Shown here piece by piece: positions 39,418-50,269 of a DNA stretch of 64,000 bases; within the stretch, counting starts at the first letter, position 1; every line of letters begins with the position of its first letter. Under the pieces are notes generated by a model. It did no database searches, was not told the origin of the DNA, and saw nothing but the letters and a program-made list of their open reading frames with translations. Source of the stretch: Felis catus (taxonomy: Eukaryota). The DNA is taken from positions 122,514,001-122,578,000 of the forward strand of contig NC_058368.1 of the NCBI RefSeq assembly GCF_018350175.1, read 5' to 3'. A program made the position numbers and the translations under genes.

Positions 39418-42014
39418 TCACCTTCTTCTAGTAGGTTCCTTGGGAGCTAATTGTCCTCTTAAGATTATCAGAGACCTGTGTCTGGAGAGGACCAGAAAAT
39501 AATATTGTCATGCTGACAGCACTGTCCACCCTGAGGTACATTGAAGCTGTCCCTTACACAGGGTTGATAGTCTAAGTTAGAATGGAAGGTGAGTTTGGAA
39601 GACAGTAAAATTTACACTTGAAAAATCCCTTAAATTACCCACAGCATGGTAGGTATCTTTTCTTAGCAGAGCCCAGTGCAGGGAGTCTCCAGCAATGAAA
39701 CAAATTGCCATCTTGGGGTTTGTTATGATTGTGTCTTTTATTTTTGGTCTCATTTTTGGCTAATAATATCAGATGAACCAAAATGTTGAACCAATCATAT
39801 ATGCCTTTATAGACGGAATAATAGAACTGCGGGATGCTCCCACATCCGAGAGGTCTAACGTCACGGAAACGGACTGAAGCACAGCCCACTCCAAGAACGG
39901 CAGGCGGAACTGCCTGCTTACAAAATTATCGGTGTCTCACTCTTTTTCTTTATGTATTTATTTGCCTAACACGGAGTTTAATTCGCCTATGTGAGATATG
40001 CATAGGACCCAACTGCTCTCTCTCGATACACAGAAGGTCTCTGCAGAGGACCTCGTTCTGGCACCTGACAGATGCCACTGGGTAAAGTCAACAAGTGAAC
40101 AGGCTTAGTGGGGGGCTGTTTGACGCCTTGGCCACTCAGATCATCTAGACCTTGTCCTTACTTAGAGAGAGTAAGGGCCTCACCAAAACGCCAGGAGGAG
40201 GCAACAGGGAAGACCAGACAGAGAGAGTAGGCAGAAGTAACAGATCTGGCACCTGCCACAGCAGAGAGCCAGGAGGGAAGCAGCACTCGGGCAATTAAAC
40301 ATGGGTAGGAAGCCAGTGCTGGATTCTCATTTGGCATTCAGGATTTTCTCCTCACGGAGCTAATGCGCCCGGAATTTCTGGCAGAGCCTCTCGACTTTAA
40401 GAGCAACCATATTTGTGTTAGGAATTAAAACCAGCTCTTTTGTTCTGTTTCTTTTCTTTTTTTCCTACATTTCCCACGTATTATTTGCGCGGTTTTGCTT
40501 TTTCTCCGAGCACTCTGAAGTACGCACTGGCCCTGACTCCATTTCTAATTTTATATGAAAAAAACCAACTAGGTGACCAGGTTCTGCTCCAGGCTGGCAA
40601 CTCCAGGAATATCAGGGGCCACTTGCATGTTTATCAGCTTCCGTCTTTCACGCCTTTTGACCCAAGCCCTGATGTGCTGTGGACGTACCTCTCCGGTCAC
40701 CTGGTTCGTCCTCCTGTTGGGGCCTGTGCATGTATCATCCCAGAGGAAAGGTTGCGGGAGACACCACAGGGCACTGGGATCAGGAGGCTCTCCCCTGGGA
40801 AGGGACCCAACCATTTATGCCGCTTCACATCTGTACCAGTTATAACCGGATAGGAGCCCAATGCCCTCTCTGTACTTGGAACCCCTAGTTTTTATTTCCG
40901 GTTTGCTGCTGCCGTGCCCAAAGCACCTCTGTGAGCATTCAGCAGCCGTGGACACCTCAACTACAGAGCACAGCCCCAGAGCAGTAAGATGCGTTTTCAG
41001 GCCCGATCGGGTTACAGACCCTCAATGTGTTTCCAGTTAGAAATGAAAAAGCATTGCATCTGTAAGGCATTAAAATGTCTTCTGTATACACTGATAAAAG
41101 CACCTCCCACCACCACACATTTTAATCAGGAAGACAAAAAGTTTCCCCCAAACAAAAGGATGCCTAGATCTGAACCGTGATTGCTTCTTGTTGGTATCAG
41201 GTTCTTTGGCTTGATCCCGTAACTTGGGCCAAAAGGGACTGTCCTAACCAGGTGGACCACGTCTCGTCCAGAGTCGTGACAACCAAGGCTTAGAAGTTTG
41301 GAAAACAAGCCGAGTCTTACATCCCCTTGACTGGTATTCCCAGTCTTTTTCTCCTAACTGCTTTCGCCCTGACCTGTGTGGAGCTCCAGTCTGAGCAGGT
41401 ATTGAAGACCAGAAGCTTCCTAGCTAGCACTCTCATACTGCAGCAGGAGAGCCCGGCCCACAACCCTGTCTCCATGGGAATTAAATGCTCTGCTAATGGC
41501 CAACATCTGTCAATGGCAGCACTGGTTTGGGCTGGGGTCATTGCTAGGTCATGGAGTACAAAGCACTACGAACTTAATTACAGCAATTTAATTAATTAGT
41601 AGTTAAGCTTCCTCCGATTGGAAGAAAGTACTAACCAGGAACGACTAGGCTTTATATCATCATAGCTTTTCTAGATTGGATGGACAAATAATGCTAGCAC
41701 AGGTAGCAGGAACCAGTGTTTCTGCTTTTGATGATGCCATAATGCTGAGGCTTTAATTCAACAGGTGAATGAAAAGGCATGCAAAACAGTGTCTGTTTCA
41801 GTATCCCGTTGTGCCTGCTTTGTCCACACAGCATCACCGTCCACCTGTGATAGCTGTTTCTTAGGAGCTCCATGTGTCTGATTGACGTTAAACATTGATG
41901 TTCAAAATCCAAACTCCAGTTACCTGTGCTGTTGTAAACAAGCAGCCCTTGGGTGGGAAACACCTGCTTCTGTTGAATGTGGTGTATATATAATGTGAAT
42001 GTGCCTCTCTGTGT

Positions 42015-42020
42015 ATTAAA
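42015..42020 (+). terminator. Candidate distal poly(A) signal (ATTAAA) of STK32A
   Basis: ATTAAA with TGTA upstream, CA ending 16 nt downstream, then tctttgtcagctgtgtgtgt as a downstream element. Confidence 0.6.
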
Positions 42021-43439
42021 ATGTCTTCTGTATACAGTGAGCCATGGATCCTTCTTTGTCAGCTGTGTGTGTAATTGGTTTTCCTAGAGGTAGGGTTGTG
42101 GGTACCCAAAGTCACCTGTTCTTACTTCTGTTTCCCACCATCCTTTACCAGGGACGAGCTGGTATTAGAGATGTTCTAGAACAGTGGAATGCGGCACAGT
42201 GTGACTTATTCATATATATAACAACTAAAACCCTGACCCCCTTAGCATTCACCCCTTAGGGAGCACAGCCCAGAATTCCAGATTTTGCCTTTCTCTCACC
42301 TTGTCCACCGCCCAAGGACCTTTTCTGTCAGCACTCTGCCTTACTACTCTTTCCATCTTCGCATCGCCCCATTCCACATACCAAAACAGCAGGTGGATAT
42401 TCTACACCTGGGACAGGGCGGGGGGCGGGTCACAGACAGCTTTGCATTCTTGTGGCCGGAAGCTACTTCCTCCTAGGCCCCCAGAAGCTTAACAGCTAGC
42501 GGGCCAGCGAGTTCCTCAGGTTTGTCCTTTTCCTTGAGCAAATCCCATGCTCTTGTCAGTGGGCTCTGAGCTCCTGCATGCTGAGTGCCCTGTGGTCCAA
42601 CCATGTCAAGTGTCCTGTTTTGTTCTCAGCAGCCACGCACAGGGCAAGATCTAGAACTCTTGATCCTGAAGAGTGCCAGCCATAAGTATGTGATTTCATT
42701 TCTGTAGACTGCTTTGGGCCTCCCGTCCCCCACTTCCTGCTCCTGGTTGGTGTCCCTTTTGTGATGGTCTGATGGTAGCAAAGCAGATTCCAGGGAGTTC
42801 TTTGAAACCAGAGGGACCTTTTTCCTCCTGTGCAGTGTTCTCATTCTGCACCTGGTCAGCCCCGAACAGCTCTAGCCCACGGAGGTACAAAAGTCATGGT
42901 GTCTATTTCACTAACATTAAAAAAACAAACAAACAAAAAAAACTGCCAACCCTGCAACCTGAGTTCACTTCAATTAAGCATTGACCATGCCCTATGAGTC
43001 CACTCTAACCCTGAGCAGAGCTCAGCTGCTGCTTGGTCATGGGCTGGGAGAGGTATTTCATCAATCCTGAGTGTAAGCTTCAAACTGAGACTTTGACTAT
43101 GGGTCAAACCGTGAACCTCAAACTGAAACAACCATGTTCTGAGAGTAGCGTTTGATGTTTTCTAAGCTTTGGTGTTAAAAGGTACCGTCACTCTATGTTC
43201 CTATACTGACAGCATTGTTCTACCGAATCAAGAGGGGTTCGAGACACATAGAACCAATTAATAAGAAATTGTCATTCTCTTACCCCTCCTCCATCTGCCC
43301 CACCCACACATAGGCACCTAGCTGAGCAAATCACGTAGGCCCAGCGGGCTTGGGAAACGTACCATGGTCATCTGCTGTTCTTGCCCAACCGGTATCCGAA
43401 CCTTCTCCTCCCAGTATCACAAACTGTTTTGTGTGCGTG

Positions 43440-43800
43440 TGTGTGATTCAGAGCTCACACAGTTCAGGTAGCTCTGGGGCGGGGCACATGACCAGGTGGG
43501 ACCCATCAGTCCCAGTGTCCTGGCCATAGTGCCTAGTCCCATGGGGAACACATGTCCCGAGCCAGGCCAACCATAATCAGTCTCTTTGGCTGGGATTAGT
43601 TAAGGAGGCTCTCTCCTTCTCCTGAAGTCACTAGGCAGGCAAAATGAAAACCTGGGGGTGCTGATGGCCAGTTCTGTTCCCACACCAGAAGCTTTCCTAT
43701 GAAGGACTAAAGGCAAGCTGGGCTAAGAGATGAAAAGAAACCATGTTCTACACCCAGCTATGCTTGGATCCACCCAAGTCTATCCCTTAAGTTCTCATTA
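43440..43800 (+). mobile_element. MLT1-like MaLR LTR relic
   Basis: cacatgacc...gccaggccaa...cagctatgcttgga pattern; a similar piece lies at about 60580-60740. Confidence 0.5.
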
Positions 43801-43827
43801 CACCAGACTTGAAAACACCCTTTTCAA

Positions 43828-44030
43828 GGGGCACCAAGGTGGCTCAGTCAGTTGAGTGTCCAACTTTGGCTCAGGTCATATCTCACGGTGAGTTCCAGCC
43901 CCCCACCAGGCTCATTGCTGTAAGCGCAGAGCCCACTTTAGATCCTGTCTCTGCCTCTCTCTCTGCCCCTCCCCTGCTCGTGCACTCGCTCTCAAAAATA
44001 AATAAAACCTTAAAAAAAAGGACTCTCTAA
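43828..44030 (+). mobile_element. Can-SINE
   Basis: SINE head with TSD aaaa(c/t)acccttttcaag. Confidence 0.9.
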
Positions 44031-44766
44031 AAAATACCCTTTTCAAGAAAAATTTGTGTACACGATAGTCTGCCATTTCCAATGAAAAGCATCCCATACG
44101 ATGTGGAATTTGATACAGGAGTGTTTCCCCAAGAGAGTTTAGCATAAGAAGTTGGTTGGGATGTTAGAAGAGGATATAGAAGGGTTCAGCAGTCAAATAA
44201 AGTTTGAGAATCTTGAATTGGACAAATTTTCAAAGACTGACAAGATTTCTCGTAGCCTTGAATTTGATGACAGGATCTTAAGTCTCTCAGAGGAGTACAC
44301 TTAGTAAATGATCCTTTCCAACACTCCTTAGACAACCTGGAATCAGTATGGGACAGAATATGCTTTGGGAAATGCTTGGTTTGAATCTTCTCCAAGTCTA
44401 GGCTTTTAGGGAGAAGCAGAAATTCTTTATGGGGGTGACCAAAAAACAAATGAAAGAAACCCCTTCAGGATCTGTACTGGACTCAGCGAGACTTTATCTC
44501 AGATGGCGATGCCTTTTACATTAATGCCAACTTTGATGATCCACAGACAAAACTTTACTCTCCTAAGTTTCAATAACGGTCATCAAACGCTGCAGCCAAA
44601 ACAAAAACTCAAATGCAACTGAAAACACAGAAACCCCCCACATTTTCTCAGGAAACCTCTTGTTTTCATCAGATCTGCCCGCCTCATTAACCATTTCCAT
44701 TTACCGCGCAATTTTAATACTGCAAGTGAAATGGCCCGTCGCACACAGAAGAAAACTGGACGACAT

Positions 44767-47700
44767 CTGTAATTTCATAGTTATTTTAATAACCAGGTGT
44801 ACATTAACAGTCACTTGATGAACTTTTTCTTTAATCTCAGCTAAACTCAAAACACAGTTTTCTTCACGGTTCAAACCAAACAGCTCTTCACGTCCCAGAG
44901 CTGCCTCACAGCTACCACAGATCACGGGGAGATTTACGGTCTGTTCATTTTCACCAGACACAGAACTGAACACCCACACACCATTTTCCAAGGAGGGAAC
45001 TTTTACAATGAATGCTGGCTGCCGAGGACAGCCCATGGGTATATCTGGGACTCAAGCTGGAGTTTTCTAGGGGAGAGAAGGCCTGGGAAGCTTGTGGCAA
45101 GAACCAAACTCAGGGCTCATCCACCCTAGTTGGGAAGGGCTTCTCAGGGTGAGCAGAAGTCCAGGATTAGGATTAAGGCCTTTGCAGCAAAGCATGACTC
45201 TCTGGGTGTAGGCATGAAGAAAAAGGCCAGAGGGTGACTGGTCTTTGAAGAAAACCCATTTTCGTGATGACAACAACACTGCCATTTTTAGAAGACATAG
45301 AAATAGAATACTTCTGCCGGGTTGGCTGATTTAACGATTCCACAAATACCTTCTCAACCACCCAAGATGGTGGCCCTCCCAGAACTCAGATGATGGCCAC
45401 CTGGGTTGAGGAACAATGGGAGAAGGTTGGGGGAAGGCAGGCCATCTTTAGAGAGGGGCCAGGCTAAGAGAAGAGAGGGAAAAAGGAAAGCTTGGGTAGG
45501 AGAGGAAGGTCCAGCATGGCCTCCACTCTTGGATGAGATGGCGTGAACTCTGAGAGGGATGCAACTCACATCATGTTCTCTTCCTAAACCCTTTGTATAC
45601 GGAGAGCTCTTTGATGTGTCTTATGGAACAGGACATAGGTGAACATAATTTTAACTAAAGTGACAAGGTTCAAGAAATCAAACTGATGCAAATAAAGGGA
45701 GTTTTCTTGAAGTTCTTAGGAATCTCTGTGCTTAGGAAGTTACTTATAGTAAGTGGAGAAAGAGAGGCTTCCCCAGATCATGTTGCCCATCATGAAGGCA
45801 TCAGAGGTGGTTGTTTCCACAGCATAGAAAGCTTGTGTACAATGTGAAGTTCTGGTTGAATGCTTCATTCAGCAGTCCCAGGGCAGATGACCCATTTGGC
45901 CATGCAAGAGTTATTTTCATGGCATAGAGAGGTCAAGGAGGGAGGGGCTGGACTCTAAGTTAACAGTAGCTAACGGAACAGCTTAAGTAACAGTAACTGC
46001 TAACTTAACAGTATCAGATGGTACACAAGAGGAGCCCACTAGTTTGTCTTTTCCTCCATCTGGTGGTTGTGGCTGGTACTGCAACACCTCAGACCGCCCA
46101 GCCCACCCCTGCGGTATAATAGTGTACGTGCTTCAGATCTGACCATCTCCCTCTGCCCGCAAAACCATCATTCTGAGTTCTGCGAAAGGCCCCTAAATCT
46201 TTGAGTTCTAAAGGAAAGGGTACATGCTCCCCCTAAGTTTCCTTTAAAATAAAGGCACCATGAAAAAGCCTTAAAATAGCAAGATTCCTTGTTAGGAGGA
46301 GAAATGATCCTTTTCATGACTAGAACAATAATTGGCTTGCTGAGGGGGGGAACCTCTTCCTTGGATATATTTAGTCCTATGTCGTCCCCTTTTCTCTGGT
46401 CTTCAGCTTATTGAAACCTGCCGTCAGACATCACGGCCAGGTGTGTGAGGCCTGCTCTTGTTTCTTCAAAGCACCCGGTACACAGGGTTACGGGTTCTAC
46501 GAGCTGAATCCCCCAAGCACAGAAGTCGGATCCCAGGGTGAATATACTTATTCTGCCTACGGGCCTCTTGGTTCCACAGCTACTCATCTGGCTCACAGAA
46601 CTTGCTCCAAAATCGAATTTGCAGAAGCAGCAGGATGGGGAAAAACGCACACGGGGTTCCACGCATCACTCAAGACTGCGTGTCACTTCCACTCACCCTG
46701 GGAGACTTTAGACGGATACAAAAAGCTCCCCCGGAGGATGTGCTAAAGGAAGGGGAGACAGGTGGTTCAGACCTGAAAAGCAGACCCACAGTCCCAGGAA
46801 ATGCTCCCCCAGCTCAAGAGACTCGCTTTCCCAAATGCTCCGGTGGCTCCCATCTCAAGCGAGATCACCTGTTCGTTGCAAAACTTCGAGAACACCTAAG
46901 TGCATATATTTGCAAATGAACAATCCTATTCAATCACAGATGTGCCTGGATCCCCAGACGGAAAGAAGCAGCCACTCACCGCCAGCAAAAGTAGCCCTTC
47001 CCGGGCCCCACCTCGGCTCGTCCTAACTTGGGACGCCGGATACACGTGGCTCTTCTGGGTTTCGCCAGCCAAGGGGAGAGGCGACCTCCAGCAGGTTTAC
47101 AGGGAGGTGCGTGAGATTGGCTGCCCCCATCCGCCTCGGGGCCTATGTGCGCTCCCAGCTGTTGCCTTTTAACAGCACCAAAGAGGCCGGCAGGACGGAG
47201 GAGGAGAAGGGTGGTCTCCTGTCCCCTCTCTTCCTTCCCAGCCGGGCAAAGAGAATTGGAAAGCAACGCTGGGAAAGTGCTCCCCCCACCCCGCACACTG
47301 GCACGATCGAGCAGGTGAAAGTAATGCTTGGGTTTTGGTGTTTTTAATAAAAGTTTCAAAGGAATAAAATCTAGGAGGGGATGTGACAAAGGCTGGAACC
47401 TGAAGACTGCCTGCCTGCCTGCCTTCTCCGCAGACCCTGGGGACCGTGATGAAGGAACGGCTGCCCCAGGGTGGCCACCTTCTATGGAAATAAACGTGCT
47501 TCATCGACACAATACACAAGCCCCTTTATGCTCACCCTCCCGCCCCCCCACCTCCCCGGGACACACCCTCCCCCAGGCCCTCTGAGCCTTCCGCCTCGCT
47601 CTGGCCTCCCCCCACCCCCTCACCCCAAATAACCACGTCCCTTTTGTTGATTTTCCTGGCATCCCAGCTTCGTCTGTCCCCTTGTCATAAGATGCAGCAC

Positions 47701-47997
47701 TACACACGCTCTCAACACTATATAGCAGACTCTTTTACCTTAGTAGCCTGATTGCATGCATGTAAATGGGGGGAGGCAGGGTCCAACAAATCAAGGCTAT
47801 GCATAAACAGAAAACAAAAGCAATATTCGTAAAGCTAGGCAAGCGAGTGTAGCATTGGAGAAACATAAGGCTTGAGGCTTATTGATTCTTTAGATCACAA
47901 CTGTTTGGATTCGCTTTCCTTCTTAAATATCGGTGTACCATTTTGGCTTCAAGAGAATCTCTTCTTGCTTCTGCCCCTCTCTGTGGGGAGGGGTCGC
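44767..47997 (-). other. DPYSL3: Probable DPYSL3 3'UTR (about 3.2 kb)
   Basis: Repeat-poor stretch between the stop codon and the candidate poly(A) signal. Confidence 0.65.
44785..44790 (-). terminator. Candidate poly(A) signal (ATTAAA) of DPYSL3
   Basis: tttaat on + is ATTAAA on -, followed on - by the U/GU-rich TTTTTCTTCTGTGTG. A second ATTAAA lies at 44713-44718. Confidence 0.6.
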
Positions 47998-48086
47998 TTA
48001 ACTCAGGGACGTGATGTTAGAACGGCCTCCAGGGGGCGCCACAATGCGCTTGCTGGCGGAGCGGACCCCCTCATCCACTTGGGTGC
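47998..48086 (-). CDS. DPYSL3: DPYSL3 last coding exon ((G)TQVDEGVRSASKRIVAPPGGRSNITSLS*)
   Basis: gcag acceptor (ct at 48087-48088), TAA at 47998-48000. Recognisable CRMP4 C-terminus. Confidence 0.97.
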
Positions 48087-49111
48087 CTGCAGTGGGCAAG
48101 ACATTCCCAGGAAGAGAAAAGGGAGAGAGAGCGGGGTGTGGACAAGAGAGAAACTGGATTAATTTTCAGAGTGTCAGCTGGCAAGTGCCTTCCTGGCCTC
48201 GTCTCCCAAGAAACTTCCATTCTAGTGTGTCAAGTATTCCAGACATTTCCTATCCACCGTCCCCCGGAATCCCGTCTCCACCAGGAAAAGCTAGGTTCTT
48301 ATAGATACCGTCTCAGCATCATAAAAATGATACTTAAGAAAAGCATTCCTTAAGGTAGGAGAAATCACTGCTTACATCCGCTGCGACAAGGAATGTGTCC
48401 TTGGATCCTCAGATACCGGACTTTGTCCTCACCACTATCCTTTGAGGAAGCTACTGTTATTATCCCCATTTCACAGAGGCAGTGACTGAGGCTGTGAGAA
48501 GTGAGGCAAGTTGCCCAAGGTGTCACAGCTTGGCCTGGTGAGGGTCGGGGCCCCTGCAGCCTTGGCACAAAAGGAAACCCTGGTGTGCACGTACTCGTGT
48601 CCTTCACAGGGAAGCTGCCGAAATTGTAAGGATGACGTCAGCCAGGGAGCGATTCAAAATGGCAGCCACACTGGCAGCAAATATTGTGACAAACATAACC
48701 TTACCTGTGGCGACGTCACCTCCAAACTTTCAGCCCTTTCCTTTTGCCTCCCTCCCCTGTCTCTGTCTCCCCCTTGATTTTTTTTACCCTCTTTCTCCTG
48801 CTTCTGCCATTCCTTACTCCTCTTCCCCTCCCCGATACCTGTTTCCTCTTTACCTGTCCCTGTCCCTTCTCGTCTTGTTTCCCTCACACTTCGATTGTTC
48901 ATCACAGACACGCAAATCTCCATTTATTTTTCTCCCCTCTTTAAGACTACTGGTTATGGAGCAAGTAGATAATTATTTTCTGCTAATATCCGTTCTTAAA
49001 GACTAGGTGAATGGTACGGCTACCCCAGGGTAAGTACTTAATCAACAGCATCTACTTCTAGCACTATCATCATTATGAGAAAGGGGAGAGGACAGGAAAA
49101 ACGCCAGGTTA

Positions 49112-49316
49112 GGGGCACCTGAGCAGCTCAGGTGGTTAAGCGTCTGATATTGGCTCAAGTCATGATGTCACGGTTCATGAGTTCAAGTCCCACATCAGGG
49201 TTGCTGTTGTCAACGCAGAACCCACTTCAGACCCTCTGTCCCCCGCTCTGCCCCTCTCCCACTTTCACTCTCCCAAAAATAAATAAATAATTTTTTTTAT
49301 AAATAAAATAAATAAA
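49112..49316 (+). mobile_element. Can-SINE
   Basis: SINE head, A-tail, TSD ending gccaggtta. Confidence 0.9.
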
Positions 49317-49675
49317 TATGCCAGGTTAGAAGAATCTACTGCCATCTGAGCTTTAACCCCGGGCAAACAGACAGAACACCCCCATACACAGCTCCCACCG
49401 TCTCCTGTGGAAAATCACCCTCGATTCATAATGGAAAACATCTTGCCCCCACCCCACCAGGTGTGATGTCTAAGCAGACCCGGTCCTCATTTAAACCTGA
49501 CCCTTGACCTCCCTGAGCCTTACGTTGCCTTCTCAGCAGGACTCTCTTGATTCGGCAAAGCTTCCTGCTTGCTCCAGGCACCCTCTCCCTACAAGTGTCC
49601 TGCCAGCTCGGAGGGGCTGCTCCTCCCTTGTCCCCTTCCTTCCTCCCTGCTCACCCTCCGGCACCATCCACTCAC

Positions 49676-49838
49676 CCGACAGGCTGAATCCCGACTGGTG
49701 GAGGTTCCTCACGGGCGGGTTGGGCCGTGTGGGAGAGCCCCGGGTGGAGCCCACGGGCGTGCCCCCTTTGGGAGTGGTGGTCAGGTCAAACACTGGCCCG
49801 TCGTACATGCCCCTCGGGACGGCGTGCAGGTCTGCCAT
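49676..49838 (-). CDS. DPYSL3: DPYSL3 coding exon ([54 protein letters not shown])
   Basis: ctgcag acceptor, gtgag donor, 163 bp. Contains the CRMP Cdk5/GSK3 phospho-cluster TxxxxTxxxSxxxSP. Confidence 0.97.
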
Positions 49839-50045
49839 CTGCAGCAGAGAAAGCGCGTCACCCTTTATTCTGTCAGCATTTAAGGTCTGTGCCAGGTAGC
49901 GGAGATAAATGAGTGAATTAAGTGTGTAATGGGAGCCAGAAAATAAGAGAGTTATTTGAAGAAAAGAAGGAACATAAGAGGGGTGTGAGGACAGAGTGAC
50001 GGTGCAACAGTCAGTGGAGACCTCTTGAAACAGGTAGGCTTTGCT

Positions 50046-50269
50046 TTTTTTAAAGTATTTTTTCATGTTTATTTATTTTTGAGAGACAAGAGAGAGGGAA
50101 AACCCAACAAGGAGAGGGGCAGAGAGAGAGGGAGACACAGACTCTGAAACAGGCTCCAGGCTCCGAGCCGTCAGCACAGAGCCCGAAGCGGGGCTCGAAC
50201 CCACGAACTGTGAGATCATGATCTGAGCCGAGGTCAGACGGTTAACCGACTGAACCACCCAGATGCCCC
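50046..50269 (-). mobile_element. Can-SINE (SINEC_Fc type)
   Basis: Reverse head ggggcatctgggtggttcagtcgg, T-rich tail on +. Confidence 0.92.

Larger units (their letters stand above)
38626..42036 (+). other. STK32A: Probable STK32A 3'UTR (long form)
   Basis: Follows the stop codon and ends at ATTAAA 42015-42020 plus CA at 42035-42036 with GT/T-rich sequence downstream. The end point is inferred. Confidence 0.55.

Noticed and set aside
48700..48707. Strong cryptic donor CAG/GTAAG on the DPYSL3 sense strand in the last intron
   Set aside because: No convincing partner acceptor upstream on the - strand, so no cryptic exon can be supported.
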